Below are positions 22,720 through 34,798 of a stretch of 64,000 nucleotides of DNA, in pieces. The notes beneath the pieces were generated by a model. It had not been told where the DNA came from, did not search any database, and saw nothing but the letters and a program-made list of their open reading frames with translations. A program made the translations under genes and the position numbers. Position 1 is the stretch's first letter. Every line of letters begins with the position of its first letter. The stretch is from assembly GCA_036172245.1 (NCBI GenBank), contig JAYWIR010000074.1, forward strand, positions 1 to 64,000. The letters are read 5' to 3'. The stretch is from Raillietiella orientalis. Taxonomy: Eukaryota.

Positions 22720-24642
22720 ATGTCGACCCAACTTGAAGCTACTGAAGTTGGAGGAACAGCATCCGGATCTGCAATCGCGGAACCGACGGCCGCCTATACT
22801 TCGTCGTTCTCGCCAATGGAGAGCAGTTTTGCTGACGTTGCTGCCACAGCAGCCGTCAAAGGGAAACCACTCGACGAGTCTGAGTTGCGGGCATACGTAG
22901 CCCAAGGCTATAGAACTGCTCTCCGATATAATGTGAGTGGTTTTCTTTCTGCGCGCCACGGGAATCAGTTCAACGATGAACTGACCCGTGTTGGCGTGCG
23001 GGAGGAGGACCTTCTCGCGATTATGCCCGTAAAAGACATGGGCTATTTCAAGGTGCGTTGCAAAGACGCTGCACTTGTGCAACGCTTGCTGCGCACCCCG
23101 TTGTCGATCCGTGGCCAGAAGGTCTTCCCGGCCGCCATGGGCGACCCATTTGTGGCGGAGATTTTCGACATCGAGTCGGAAATCTCCGATATTGATATTC
23201 GGAACGCGTTGGCGAAATTCGCCACGGTCCATGCGCTGTGGAGGGTGCGTAGCAACCTCAAGGACTTCCCGTCCATACACAGCGGAGTCGATGGAGTCCG
23301 GCTTACAATGCCGGACCGCCGTCTGCTGCCCACCAAACTACAGGTGAAAGACACGGTCGTTCACCTGTGGTTCGTGGGCAAAGTAAGAACGTGCGAGCAA
23401 TGCGGGAAGGAGGGGCATTGTTTGGATAAATGCCCCTCTGGAAAATGCCATTATTGCAAACTATCCGGGCACCAATTGAAAACTTGCCCGGATCTTTTGC
23501 GAAAAAAGGCAGCCGCGAAGCTCCATCTTAAAAAACAAAGCGCGGATAAAAAGAGAAAATCTGCGAATAACCTGGAGACCCCACGGCAGAAATTCCGAGA
23601 AAACGCGAGGCGGCATGTCGCCCCAAAGCAGCAGGAAACCTCGCACGCGAAGCCCTGCGCGCCCCCTCTCGCGGAAGGGAAGCCGCAAAAGAAAGGGTGC
23701 GGGGAATCCGGGGCAATGGTAAGTCCTCCTAGGCGCATTAGCTGTCCTTCCCAAGCACGCCCGGCTCTTTCGGAGTTCGAGCAACCGGCGGGGACGTCAA
23801 TGGACAACGGCGGTAAGGACACTTCCAGTACCGTCAGATCCATTCCTTCACCTTCTGCAGTGGCTGAGCAGCCCAAATCGGGTAAGAAGGGTTGTGCAGT
23901 GTCGACTTCGAAAGTCGGCAAAAAAAAATCCGCGTCGCGATCCAACACCGCGAAAGCGGAGAAAAATCTCACGCCGTCGCAATCGGAGAGCAAGCTCTCG
24001 ACTGGCGCGGATGCCATGCCAACCAAGGGATTAAAAGCCCTTCCGAAGGCAGCGTCCATGACGAGCGTGTCGAAGCCATCCAAAGTGCTCCCGTCCAAAG
24101 ACGCGGATGGCTTCAAAGATGGCAATGGAGAACAATCTCCATTTACGGCGCCACGCGAAGTGAGGAACCGTAATGAAGTAAAGAAGACTTCAGCAAAGGT
24201 CCCTGGTGCAAGTGCGCGAGAGCACGCTGAAAACGGGCGCGCCGGGAAAGCAGCCGTCACCAAGAGCGATGCTCTGGGGACGGAAGACGAAAACAGGACA
24301 GCTGTCAATCCAGCAGAACCTGTCAGTGCTTTGCCGAAGGCCGAAACCCGATTGAACATGCGCCGGTCGGACTCCGAAATGGATGCCGTTCCGATCAACG
24401 AGACGAGGACAACTCGTTCGAAAGCGTGTGCGCGCCGATCAAAAGTAGGCTGCCAGGCAACGCTCGCCGCGAAGCCACGCGAAGTCTCCACGAAACCCGA
24501 CGAGGTCAAGCCTGGCGTGGAGGCATTACATGCATGTAGCACGATAGAGGACGGTGGAGAACATCCCCTCCAGCCAGTCGTGCTGCTCGCCGTCTGCTCG
24601 CCAGATAAAGCGAGCAAAAAGCCGCTACCTTCCCAGCAGTAA
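22720..24642 (+). CDS. ORF1 nucleic-acid-binding protein of B2 (two CCHC knuckles, K/S/A-rich tail); open frame
   Basis: Uninterrupted ORF (track 22696..24642; first ATG 22720) with CEQCGKEGHCLDKC and CHYCKLSGHQLKTC. Its stop overlaps the ORF2 ATG. Confidence 0.85.
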   Translation: MSTQLEATEVGGTASGSAIAEPTAAYTSSFSPMESSFADVAATAAVKGKPLDESELRAYVAQGYRTALRYNVSGFLSARHGNQFNDELTRVGVREEDLLAIMPVKDMGYFKVRCKDAALVQRLLRTPLSIRGQKVFPAAMGDPFVAEIFDIESEISDIDIRNALAKFATVHALWRVRSNLKDFPSIHSGVDGVRLTMPDRRLLPTKLQVKDTVVHLWFVGKVRTCEQCGKEGHCLDKCPSGKCHYCKLSGHQLKTCPDLLRKKAAAKLHLKKQSADKKRKSANNLETPRQKFRENARRHVAPKQQETSHAKPCAPPLAEGKPQKKGCGESGAMVSPPRRISCPSQARPALSEFEQPAGTSMDNGGKDTSSTVRSIPSPSAVAEQPKSGKKGCAVSTSKVGKKKSASRSNTAKAEKNLTPSQSESKLSTGADAMPTKGLKALPKAASMTSVSKPSKVLPSKDADGFKDGNGEQSPFTAPREVRNRNEVKKTSAKVPGASAREHAENGRAGKAAVTKSDALGTEDENRTAVNPAEPVSALPKAETRLNMRRSDSEMDAVPINETRTTRSKACARRSKVGCQATLAAKPREVSTKPDEVKPGVEALHACSTIEDGGEHPLQPVVLLAVCSPDKASKKPLPSQQ

Positions 24643-26346
24643 TGCGGAGAATCGCCTCTTCTTGTCGTCTGTCCGTAACGTGTTGGAACGTGAACGGACT
24701 ACAGAACGACGAGAAGAGGCGATTAGTAGCCAACGCCCTGCGCCCCTTCGACCTCGCGCTCCTGCAGGAGATTCACGTAATCTCAGTCGAGCAGGCAGCC
24801 GAAATCGAGGAGCGCGCAGGCGGAACGCTACATTGGCGGTGCGGCGGCGCACACACCTGCAGCGTCGCGTTCCTCGTAAGAAGAAAAATGGCGGAAGCGG
24901 TGCGTAGTGTTCGTTTCGATGACGACGGACGGATAGGCCAGCCTGTCATCAAGTGGTCCGAGTCCATCGATCCCGTCGTTACGAACGTCTACGCGCCGAG
25001 TGGCTCTCGCTTCCTCGAAGAAAGAGTAGCCTTCTTTGGTGAGGTGCAGAGCCACTGGCTCAACAACTCCGGTTTCCAAGTGGCGCACCTCGTCGCTGGG
25101 GACTTCAACGTCCGACTGCTCTCCGACGATTGGAGCCGCCCAAGGGAGCGCGCGCTGCCCATCGAGATGTGCGCGTCCGTGCACGCTGTTAACTTGATGG
25201 TCAGCGAACCTGGAATGGAAAGATCGCACGATCACGTTTTCCTCGATGAAAACCTGCATTCGCGTGTGGGAAGGAGAGGAAGATTGTTGACTAGGCTTTC
25301 TGACCACCACAGGTTGGAGCTTGAGACCCTTCCGCCAGGCAGGGGGCCTCCGTTGCAAAGCTGGAGGATGCAGGCGGATTGGCTTAGCCAACCAAACGCT
25401 GCAGAGCATCTACGTGGATACCTCCGAGGCTTTGCCATTCAAGAACTTTCGGACTGCGACGATCTCAAAAGATCTGTCCGCGAGTTCTGCTGCCAATTCC
25501 CATTGCACCGGCTACCACGCGTTTTCGGAGAGGGCGTGGCCAACAGTAAAGACTTTTTGCAAGCCCGCACGTTTTCGAGACGCGCATCTGTCTGCGTCTC
25601 GCAGAGTACAAGGCGAGGGCCGAGCTCCAGGTCTGGCAGTCCGGAGCAGCATGCCTGTGGGACGACAAGGTTCAGGAATGTTCGGCCCCAGCGAAAGTAA
25701 GCCGCATTGTGAGACGCTACTACTTCTCGCTCTACGCGGAATCCCCGACGGAGGATATTCTTTCTGAGATACTCCTGTCTCAGGATGCTCGTGTTGTCGG
25801 CGAGGAGGAACGCGAACGTCTCGACGAGCCCTTCTCGGCGGATCAATTTTCGTCCGCTATCGCTGGGCTGGAGAGACGAAAGGCGCCAGGCGAGGATGAG
25901 CTCCCTGCAGAGTTTTATCAGTGCTTTGCAGTAGAGCTCATTCCCTTGATGCTGAAACTTGCGACGCTGATGAGTGAATCCGGGAATGTCCCGGATTCCT
26001 TCCGCTCAGCGAAGGTGCGTCTCCTGCCGAAAGGCGGAGACTTGCGCCAACTTAACAACTGGCGTCCGTTCACCTTGGTGAACTCGGACGTCAAGTGGTT
26101 TTCCAAGCTGTGGGTTGCGCGGTTAGGAAGTATCGCGGAATCTGTGGTGAGCCCGGAACAAACCTACGCGGTTCCGGGACGATCCATGGAGGCGAAAATC
26201 CTTTTCGCGCGTACATGGATGCAGCTGCAGGAAGTTGTGGCGCAGCAAAGCCAGGCTGCTGCGAAAGTCACTGCCGAAGGCAAAAAGTACTGGCGCCGAT
26301 GACAGGAGGGAACGCCAGGTGCCTGGGCGGTCGCGGTCGATCTCCA

Positions 26347-26746
26347 CAAGGCGTTCGATTTTCACCCGGATTTCTCCGAGTCGTTTATTAAAAAAATAAA
26401 CTTTGTAAACAAATTATTAATGGCTGTGGCAATGCTCCAGCCAGAAGCTAAGAACCACGACGCCTGCGAATTCACCGGTTTCTAGACCGGTACTGTCCAC
26501 CAAGGCAGCAGGGGAAAAAGGAAAAACAAAAAAAAAAAAAAAAACTGAACAAACAAAAAAAAAAAAAAAAAAAGGGTGGGAGGGAAGGGGAAGGGATGCC
26601 GCTGCCCCCTGTCCATCCCTGGTGGTCGCGTCAGGCATCCCTGCCTGATCGACCACCGAACCAAACGACGCTTGCACTTAAGGAGACTTCCTGGCACGAG
26701 GAGCACCGAGAAAACACGTCCACCCTGGAGCACGCAAGGCGTTCGA
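26347..26746. repeat. 12-bp target-site duplication CAAGGCGTTCGA (26347-26358 / 26735-26746)
   Basis: Exact direct repeat. Removing the insert restores DLHKAFECVNEKLL. Confidence 0.93.
26359..26734 (-). mobile_element. 376-bp internally deleted family-E element (5' UTR plus ORF1 start fused to 3' UTR)
   Basis: 26598-26734 matches the E1/E2 5' ends and 26359-26597 matches the E2 3' UTR (50540-50763). It is flanked by a perfect repeat caaggcgttcga. Confidence 0.92.
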
Positions 26747-29248
26747 ATGCGTAAACGAGAAGCTGCTTTTGGAGCTTATGGAACGCCTTGGGTTCCCGAC
26801 GCAACTACTGCTGTATTCGCGCGCGTGCTGGCGCCACGCGCTAACCTGCATCAGTTTCAGCGGCTGCCGCGTGTATGGTATTCCCGTTCGTAGGGGCATC
26901 CGACAGGGCGACAGCTTAAGCTCGTAGCTATGAAGCATCTTGTTTGAGTTGGTGCTAAGACCATACAGGCTGACGCTGTCTCACTTGCCAAGCTCCTGCA
27001 CGGGAACGCCTGCCGTGGCCGCCTACGCTGATGACCTGCTACTTCTGCTCCCCATGTCCACTTCGGCGTCCAGTGTCGAGGATTTCTTCGACCTGATTCG
27101 TCGGGGAGCGGGCGTGAGCGTGAACAGAGACAAGAGCGTGGTTGCTCCTGTCGGTAAGTCGTAGGAGGGGCAGTCCGACTGGATCCGCCTGGGGATCCCC
27201 ACGGGCGGGTACTTTAAGTACCTTGGCGTTCCGTTGGGCGCTTTCGGCGCAGCCGAAGCGTGGGCGGACTGTCTTCAGAAAGCAGAGTTGGCCATCAGCC
27301 CGTTCTTTAACGGCAAGTTTACCTTGCAGGAACGGGCGACTTTTTGGAACACATTTGTGGCCCTTCTCCTCCGTCAGCTGTTTTTTGTTTTGGACCCCCC
27401 CTATGCGGCGAAACAGCGGGCTAAGCGCCTGCTCAGGAACGCACTCTGGGGTCCGGCGAGATCCAGGATCCGCTTTGAAGGTTTGTTAGCTCCGCGTCGG
27501 GATGCTGGTTTGGGTATCTTGACAATGGAGCGAATCGGACTGCAGGTGCAGTTCCGACTGCTATCACTGTGTGCCCAGCTATGGACATACCCCCTGTGTG
27601 TGCCAGCCCGCATTCTCCTGCGGAGATGCGCCGGCAGCGGAGGATTTCTCTCCCTTTTGCCGGGCACTCAATACAGGAAGTGGTGTAACGGGTTTCCATT
27701 GCGGAAGTTGTCCGCACTTCTGGAAGCTCACTCGTGGATCTCCTGCCGCCCAATGAACTTTGAAGCTTGGCGGCAGAAGTTTTTTGAATCCTGAGCGGCG
27801 TTCCAAGGAATACGCCCTCAAGATCTTAGCCCCCTGCGCCAATTTTTTCCACGATCCTTGGAAGAAGTACTGCAGGACGAGGTGAAGTTTTCTACTCTGG
27901 CTGATACGCCTCTTGCCGCAGCGCTGTCTGCCCTCAGGGCGAGAAACGACAGTTACTTACCGGCGAGTAGCACGATAGCGGGAAAAACCAAACTCCTTGG
28001 CGCCTGGGAGACGAGTGAGTTGACGGACGCCGCCACTCCTCGTGTTACTGGAAAGGGACTCCTCCGGTGGGCAGAAGAACTTGCTGTCATCCACGAAGAA
28101 CTTGTAGTTCCTCCACAGTGTACTGACAGTTCGCTGCTCCCCCTTGCTTGAAAACAAGACGTGCTGCTTTTCGTTCATTGGGGTTTTCAGTGCAACGAGC
28201 GTTGGCATCGTGACTCCGGGGGACTTGCGTCTCCGAACTGCGTTCGGTGCGGATCCACTGAGTCGATTCCGCACCTACTTCTGGACTGCGGTGTCCTACA
28301 AGGACTGTGGCGTAAGCTGGCAACAGCACTTATGCATCCCGTGGACACCGCAAGGGACTTGCTGCGACGATTCTTCACGCCGAGCGGGCTGTCACTATGA
28401 GCAAGGATTGCAACCATCGGTTGCATACGCGCGAAAGTTCAGGTCCGCCAGGCGTTGGTTATCAACGGACAGCACCAAGAGGTAAACAGCAAAGCATCCT
28501 TCTACATGGGAGCATCCGCTAGATGGCCTCATTTGACAGAGGAGACAAAAAGGAATCTCGCCGCAATACACCGCCGGTTTACACACGCTCAGCAGCGGCG
28601 AACCCGGTGATCATTGCCCTACCCTCCATAAACCAATTTTGTATTTTCTGTTACACCCGCGTCCCCATAGGCTCCGAAACATTTTAGGTGCTCATCGTTT
28701 GAATACCCGTGAGTACGGAGCCTAACCAAAAACCTGTTACCCTTCCCTCCAGTTTTTGATTTTTGTTTGTTTCCCCTTATTCCCCTCACGCTGCGAGCGG
28801 TTTGATTACCAGGCCTGCGTGCCGGTAATTTTCCTATGTTCTCTGTCGTTCTGTTGGTTGAGGACATTGTCCCTGACCAGTTTATTATTATTAATAAACG
28901 CCCCGGCGTGACCGGGTGATAAATTTCAATCTCCGTCTGCTAACAGGTGAGCCAGAAACACAAGAGAACGCGATGAACGAGTTGTGCGTTGCCATGCGTG
29001 CGCGCAAGTTGTTCGCGGGTGAGAGAAGAATGGTCCGCAGCATCGACCACGTCTTCCTCGACGCTTACCTGTGTTCACGGGTCGGAAAACAAAGGAGGGT
29101 TGCGACGACGTTGTCGGACAATTCCCGGTTAATTTTCGAGATGCGGTTTCGCGACAAAGGACCGCCATGCAGGAATTGGCGTCTGCCGGGGGACTGGACG
29201 CGACTCTCAGGTGCGAAGGAATTCTTTTGCGAATAACTGAGAGGCGTC

Positions 29249-32200
29249 ACGCTCCCGAATCTCCATTGAAACCCCGGTGAGCCGGGACGTTTATTCTCAC
29301 GAATAAACCTATACAATCTGTGACTGGACCAGTAGTCCAGCCACGCCTTGGAAAGATATAGCTTGCCGGGCTACCGGTGCGCAGTCCGGCGCGGGCGAGC
29401 TCGGCAGCAGAGGGGAGGGGGAACGTAACAAAAAGAAAACTAAAAATAAATAAAAATCTGGGAGGGAGCGGGAAGGGATCACAGTCTGCTGGGAGGGTCC
29501 GTCATCCTCTGTAGGATGCCGGAAGCTGTTTCTGCTTGTGTGGTCCCAGATGGGGCCATCAAGTCGCCATTCTGAGAAAACGAGCGGCATACACGTTGGC
29601 ATCCCTGTCTCTGGATCCTTCCGTCGCTTTGCTCCATGCCACGACGATCGCGCGTAGGCAGCACAGGGCTGCAAGCGAGGCCGCTGGAGGCAGGGCGTCA
29701 CGGACGAAGAGGGAGCGCAAAGCGTCTCTGGGGTTGTCTCCGGGCATCCCCAGGGCTGCGGCAAAGCGTTCCCATAAGGGACGGAGGGCAACACAATCCA
29801 CTAAAAGGTGGGGGAGGGATTCACTCTCTCCGCACCTGACACAGTTAGGGTTTACACCCTCCCGCGTCCAGTGGTGTCGGCGGGCGTTGCAAGGAAGCCC
29901 CCAATTCAACACCAGAAGTGCCGACTGTTGCCACTTCATGGGTAGGGTTCGCGAGTCCATGAGCAACGGGGGCCAATCGAGATGTTCCTCTGGAACATGC
30001 AGTAGCTCTTCCCAGCGCAACAGTCCATTTGGGGTGGTCCTCGGGGTCGCAGCGTTGGTGAGCTGACATGTTCTCCAATCCCAGATCTTCTTTGCCCTGC
30101 TCTCGATCTTGACAGTAACCTCCCATTGTGCCGCGACGTCGCTGCCCAGATGTTCCCGTAGGGTGAGCAGTACCGCAGCAAGGGAATGTCTTTGTGCCCA
30201 CGCTCTCCTTCGGGGATTCTCGATGATTTCTCGGAGCGTGCGGCGGGCATGCGGCCCGAACAGAGCTATTCGATCGTGTTGCGGGCTCTGCTCCTGAATC
30301 ATCGCCTACCTGCGGACGGTTTCCTGCAACCAGGCAGCACCGTTCGCGGAGCGTAGGAGGACCAGAACCGAGTTGTTCTTCACGAGCTTGGCCGCCCTCC
30401 GAAGTTGAAGTCCGCATTGGCAGATGGGGCTTCGGAGTGCAAAGTAGGACGAGAGTCCCGCATTGCCGGTGGCTTGCTCGACGAGGAGACGTGCAGGGAG
30501 GCACCAAGGGGTGCACCAATTTTCTGCCATAAAGGCAAGTCGGAACTGGATCTGTAGCTCCAGCCGCTCCAACGTCAGGAGGCCCAGGCCACCATCCCGA
30601 CGAGGAGCGCACAAGTCCGAAAGACGGACGCGGGGCCTCCCTCTGCCCCTAAGGGCGATCCTCTGGAGGTCCTTCGTCCTCTTCTTTGACTCCGCTGAGG
30701 GAGGGCAAACAAAAAGAAAGGGGCGAAGGAGGGGGGCCGCAGACGCGTTCCACGCCGCGGCATGTTCCTGCAGGTAGAACCTGCCGTCCTGGAAAGGGCC
30801 GATCGTCGCCTGAGCCTTCTGAAGGCAGCCGGACCACGCTTCCGCAGGGGAGTAGTCCCCCAACGGCACACCAAGGTACTTGAAGTAGCTCAGCGTGGGT
30901 ATCCCCAAACGGACCCGCTCCTGCTGCCCTGCCCACGCCGCTCCAACTGGCATTACGGACGACTTCGCCCTGTTCACCGACAGTCCTGTTCCACGACTCA
31001 GCAGGTCGAAGAAGTCCTCGACCGCCGAGGCTGGGGAGGACATGGGCAGCAGCAGCAGAAGATGGTCCGCGTACGCCAAAACCGCAGGCGTACCGGGGCA
31101 ATCGCACGGCAGGTGCGCAAGAGTCTCCCTGTACGCTCTCAGCACCAATTCGAAAGAGGCGCTAAAGATCTGGGGGCTCAGGCTGTCTCCCTGCCGTATG
31201 CCGCGTCGCACCGGTACTCCGTGCACGGCTTGCCCGCTAAAAAGAACATTAATGAGCGCGTCGCGCAAACTGGAGCGCAGGTAGGCCAGCAAAGAGGCCG
31301 GGAAGCCCAAGCATTCCAGAAGAACGAAAAGGAGATTCTTGTCGACGCAGTCGAATGCTTTATGCGAATCGACTGCGACCGCGAGGGCTCCTCTCCCCTT
31401 TCGACCATCCCGTCCCCCACCGACGGACGCACAGGAATTCCGGTTGCTTATTATGCTCCTTCCTTGTTGGAGCTCTAACCATGTGGAAGCGTAAAACAGG
31501 TTCGCCTCCATACTTCGCCCAGGAACAGCATATGTCTGTTAAGAGCTGATGAAGATGTTGGCGACCCGTCCCAGGCGCTCTGCCCACAGCTTGGCTGGCA
31601 ACTTGGCGTCCGCATTCACTATTTTGATGGGACGCCAGTTTTTTATGCTCCTAAGGTCTCCTCCCTTCGGGAGGAGCTGCACCATTGCTGAATGAAACGA
31701 GGTGGGAACGTCACCTGTTTCACGGATCAGCAAGGTGAGCTGATGTACCAGGGGAGTAAGCTCAGCCGCGAAAGTTTGATAAAACTCCGCGGGCAGGCCG
31801 TCCTCCCCTGGAGCCTTCCGCCTCTTGAGCTTTCCGATGGCCGAGAGGATCTCGCCCATTTTGAAAGGCTCGTCGAGGCTTCTTTTCTCCTCCTCCTTGA
31901 TCGCTGGAGCACCTTCCGGAAGCAAAAGTCGTAAGACGTCTCGCTCCGGAGGCGCCCTGGCGTACAGGGAGGAGTAAAATTTCCTCACTATCCCGCGTTT
32001 CTGAGCAAGAACCGAGTACTCCCGGCCCTGGTCGTCCAGAAAGCTGGCCGACCCGGATTGCCAGGCTTGCCTCTCGGCTGGCGCTCGATACTCTGCTAAC
32101 CTGCGCATGTCGGGGGTTCTCGCGTAACGTCGGGCCTCAAGATAGCACCTTTCGTTACGCGGCCCCTCCCCAAATCCCGCAGGTAGGCGATACAGGGGGA

Positions 32201-34798
32201 ACTGGTCGCAGAACTCCTGGACCGACCGCTTGAAGCGGTCCTAGTCCAGAAGTGTCTGCATCCTGAAACTCCGAATACACGCGTGGAGGTGCTCCGCCGC
32301 GTCGGGAAACTTCAGCCAGTGCCCTGGCAGACGCCACGTTGACGAGGGGGTGCCCTTGTCGTGCGGACGCAGTTCGAACATGATCCGACCATGGTTCGGC
32401 AGCTCGGATGGTACCTTGCCGCGCCTGCCCAATCGAGAGCATAGGTGCTGATCAAGGTACATGTGATCGATGCTGCTTTCCATGTCCGTGTCCCCGGCCA
32501 ACAAGTTGCGCGTGTTCATTTCTGCGCACAACTCGTTGACGCGGTCCTTCAGTGTATCCGGCGCACCTGAAAGCAGGCGCAGGTTGAAATCACCTGCGAT
32601 CAGGTGCGCTTTGCGAACTCCTGCATCGGTCAGCCAATCGCTTCTCAGGGCAAGGTAGAATTCCCTTCTTGCCTTCGCCCTCAACGCGTTGTTTCCGCTA
32701 GGAGCGTATAGGTTGGTGACGACCAGGTCGATAGAGTCGGACCAGCTGAGAGTCAGCTGACCGACGCCACCTTCGTCATCGAACCGAACGTCCTTTATTG
32801 CGGTTCCGATGGCTGGCCGAAGCAGGAAGGAGACACCGCTTGCTTTCGCGGTGCCGCAACGCCACAACAGCCGCCCACACGAGATGCGTTCGATCTCCCG
32901 GGCTTGATCTGCGGAGATCACGTGGATCTCCTGCAGCAGCACCAGGTCGAAGGATGCCAGAGTGGCGGGCACGTCACGCCTCTTGCCGTCGTAGCTTAGC
33001 CCGTTTACGTTCCAACAGGCGATCAGAAGACGACGGCGAGATGCGATTCCCGGCATTATGGCTGGGAAAGTGGCGTCGCGACACCTGCCGCGGGGCAGGT
33101 GTAGGAGAGGTCCATCGGTACGAGGACGGAGGCCTCTTCAGGCGCCTGGGGTACCTTTTCGGCCTCCATCCTCACCATTCCCTCCGTGTCCGAGTGTGGA
33201 ATTCTCTCGGGCGACGGGTCCCGGGAGTTTCCCACGCTCATGGCACCCTCGCTACCGGAAGCCATCTCTTCCCCTTCGTTGGGTGAGACGATCTTCCGGG
33301 GCATTGTGGACTTTCGTCCTGCCTTTTTGCGGGGTGCTGCGGAGATGGATGCTGTGTTTCCGGACATCACCTCGGGGTCGGAAGTGGGCGACTCCTGAGG
33401 GGAAGCCGGACGCCTGACAGCCTTCTTGCCAGACTTGGGGGCAACCGGTTGCAGCGAGGCAGCCAGCTCCTTCGCGGCGCGCTCGAAGGCGACGTCATCG
33501 AGCGTGGGCTCGATGACGGATGCCGCCGCCTCGCTACCCTCCTTGTTGACTTTGTCAACGGAGGGTTGAGCAGGGGCAGCAGCGAGTTCTTTAGCGCCGC
33601 ATTCGTCGATGGCGGGAATCCGCTCTACATCGACGCAGCAGCTAGTAATTTTTTCGCGGCGCAGTGCGGTTTCGCACCGTCTCGCCACGTTCTTTCCCTT
33701 CTTATGGGAGTTTTTCTTGGGGTCGAACTTCTGCCATCCTGGCTCTTGAGCCTCGCCCTCGAACTTTTCGGCGGTTTTCGCCGGGGTCTCGGGGCTGGCC
33801 TTCGCCTTGTTGGCGGAGGTAACCTCCTTAGCAGCAGCACGAGCAGTCAGCTTTTTCCTCTTGTTAGCCGCGCGCGTTCTCGCGTTTTTCGCGAACACGA
33901 CGCGGACTGTGTTTTGGGGGCACACCAGACGGGTGTGCCCCGCTTGTATGCATTGGTGGCACTCCACGCTCGGACCATTCATTTCAAGGTGACCGTAGCT
34001 GCTGCAGCAGCCGCAATACTTGGGTTTCCCCACGTACCACACGTCAACGGATTCACCGTTGACGGTGGGTTTGTGGGAAAACTCACATCCCACGCGAACC
34101 GTCACTCGCGCTGCACTCAGGCCGCCAAGCACCCCGTCGTAATCGACAAAAGGAGTAGGCTTTCCCTACAGCGCATAAACAGTTGCAAATTTTTCTAATT
34201 CGTTCCGGACGACCTCCTTCGTCATCCGGAACGTGATACCGGTCAGGTGAATGATCACCATCCGGTCTTCAGTAATGGAGAGAAGCCTCCGGCTGCCCAT
34301 AATTACGGGGGTTCGCAGAAGTCTCTGCGCAAGAGTTGCCTCCTTGCAGATAACCTCCACAAATTGACCCCCGCTTCTGACGGACATAGCCAGAAGCTCC
34401 TCTTTCTGTACGCCGAGAACGCGCATCGCCTGTGAGAAGGCGCGCGCGTTCTCGGGAGAATATAGACCGCCTACCTTATATAGAAGGGGTGGGTTATACC
34501 CCTCCTCCAGGTAAGCGTGCATTTTCGCCATAGCCGCTGGCGTAGGTGCCGCAGCCACGGCGTTCCAAGCCCTGGGTAGGGCCGGGGGCGCATCTTTGCT
34601 GGCGGGAGCCTCCACTGATGCGGGAGCTCCCACCTCCATCTGCTCCGGGGGCAATGAGGTCATCGCCCCCGGATCCTCACCGGTGGTGGTATCAGGCATT
34701 TCTGCCTAATCCTCCACCCACACCACGCACAAGCACCAACGGAAATGGAACTCAGGAGCAACGAAAAGACACGTCCGCTCGACGCTCCGGAATCTCCA
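29249..34798. repeat. 17-bp target-site duplication ACGCTCC(C/G)GAATCTCCA (29249-29265 / 34782-34798)
   Basis: Direct repeat with one mismatch bracketing C1. Confidence 0.92.
29266..34781 (-). mobile_element. Family C copy C1, full-length (~5.5 kb) with 17-bp TSD
   Basis: 5' end cgagcggacgtgtctttt. ORF1 34699-33056 has one stop; TAATG overlap; ORF2 33056-29479 has stops. The 3' end is AATAAAcgtcccggctcaccgggg. Confidence 0.94.

Larger units (their letters stand above)
22641..28922 (+). mobile_element. Family B copy B2, full-length, interrupted by the mini-element at 26359-26734
   Basis: 5' end cgagtgcggacgtgttttt, open ORF1, TAATG at 24640-24644, ORF2 with frameshifts and stops to ~28610, then 3' AATAAA plus hairpin. 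Confidence 0.93.

Noticed and set aside
23451..24617. Long antisense ORFs (also 42041-43453, 54562-55731, 33449-34198)
   Set aside because: They mirror GC-rich, low-complexity ORF1 tails on the other strand and show no recognisable domain.
26515..26575. A-runs resembling a poly(A) tail (also 50700-50740)
   Set aside because: They are the T-rich tract inside the minus-strand 3' UTR, well upstream of AATAAA and the true terminus.
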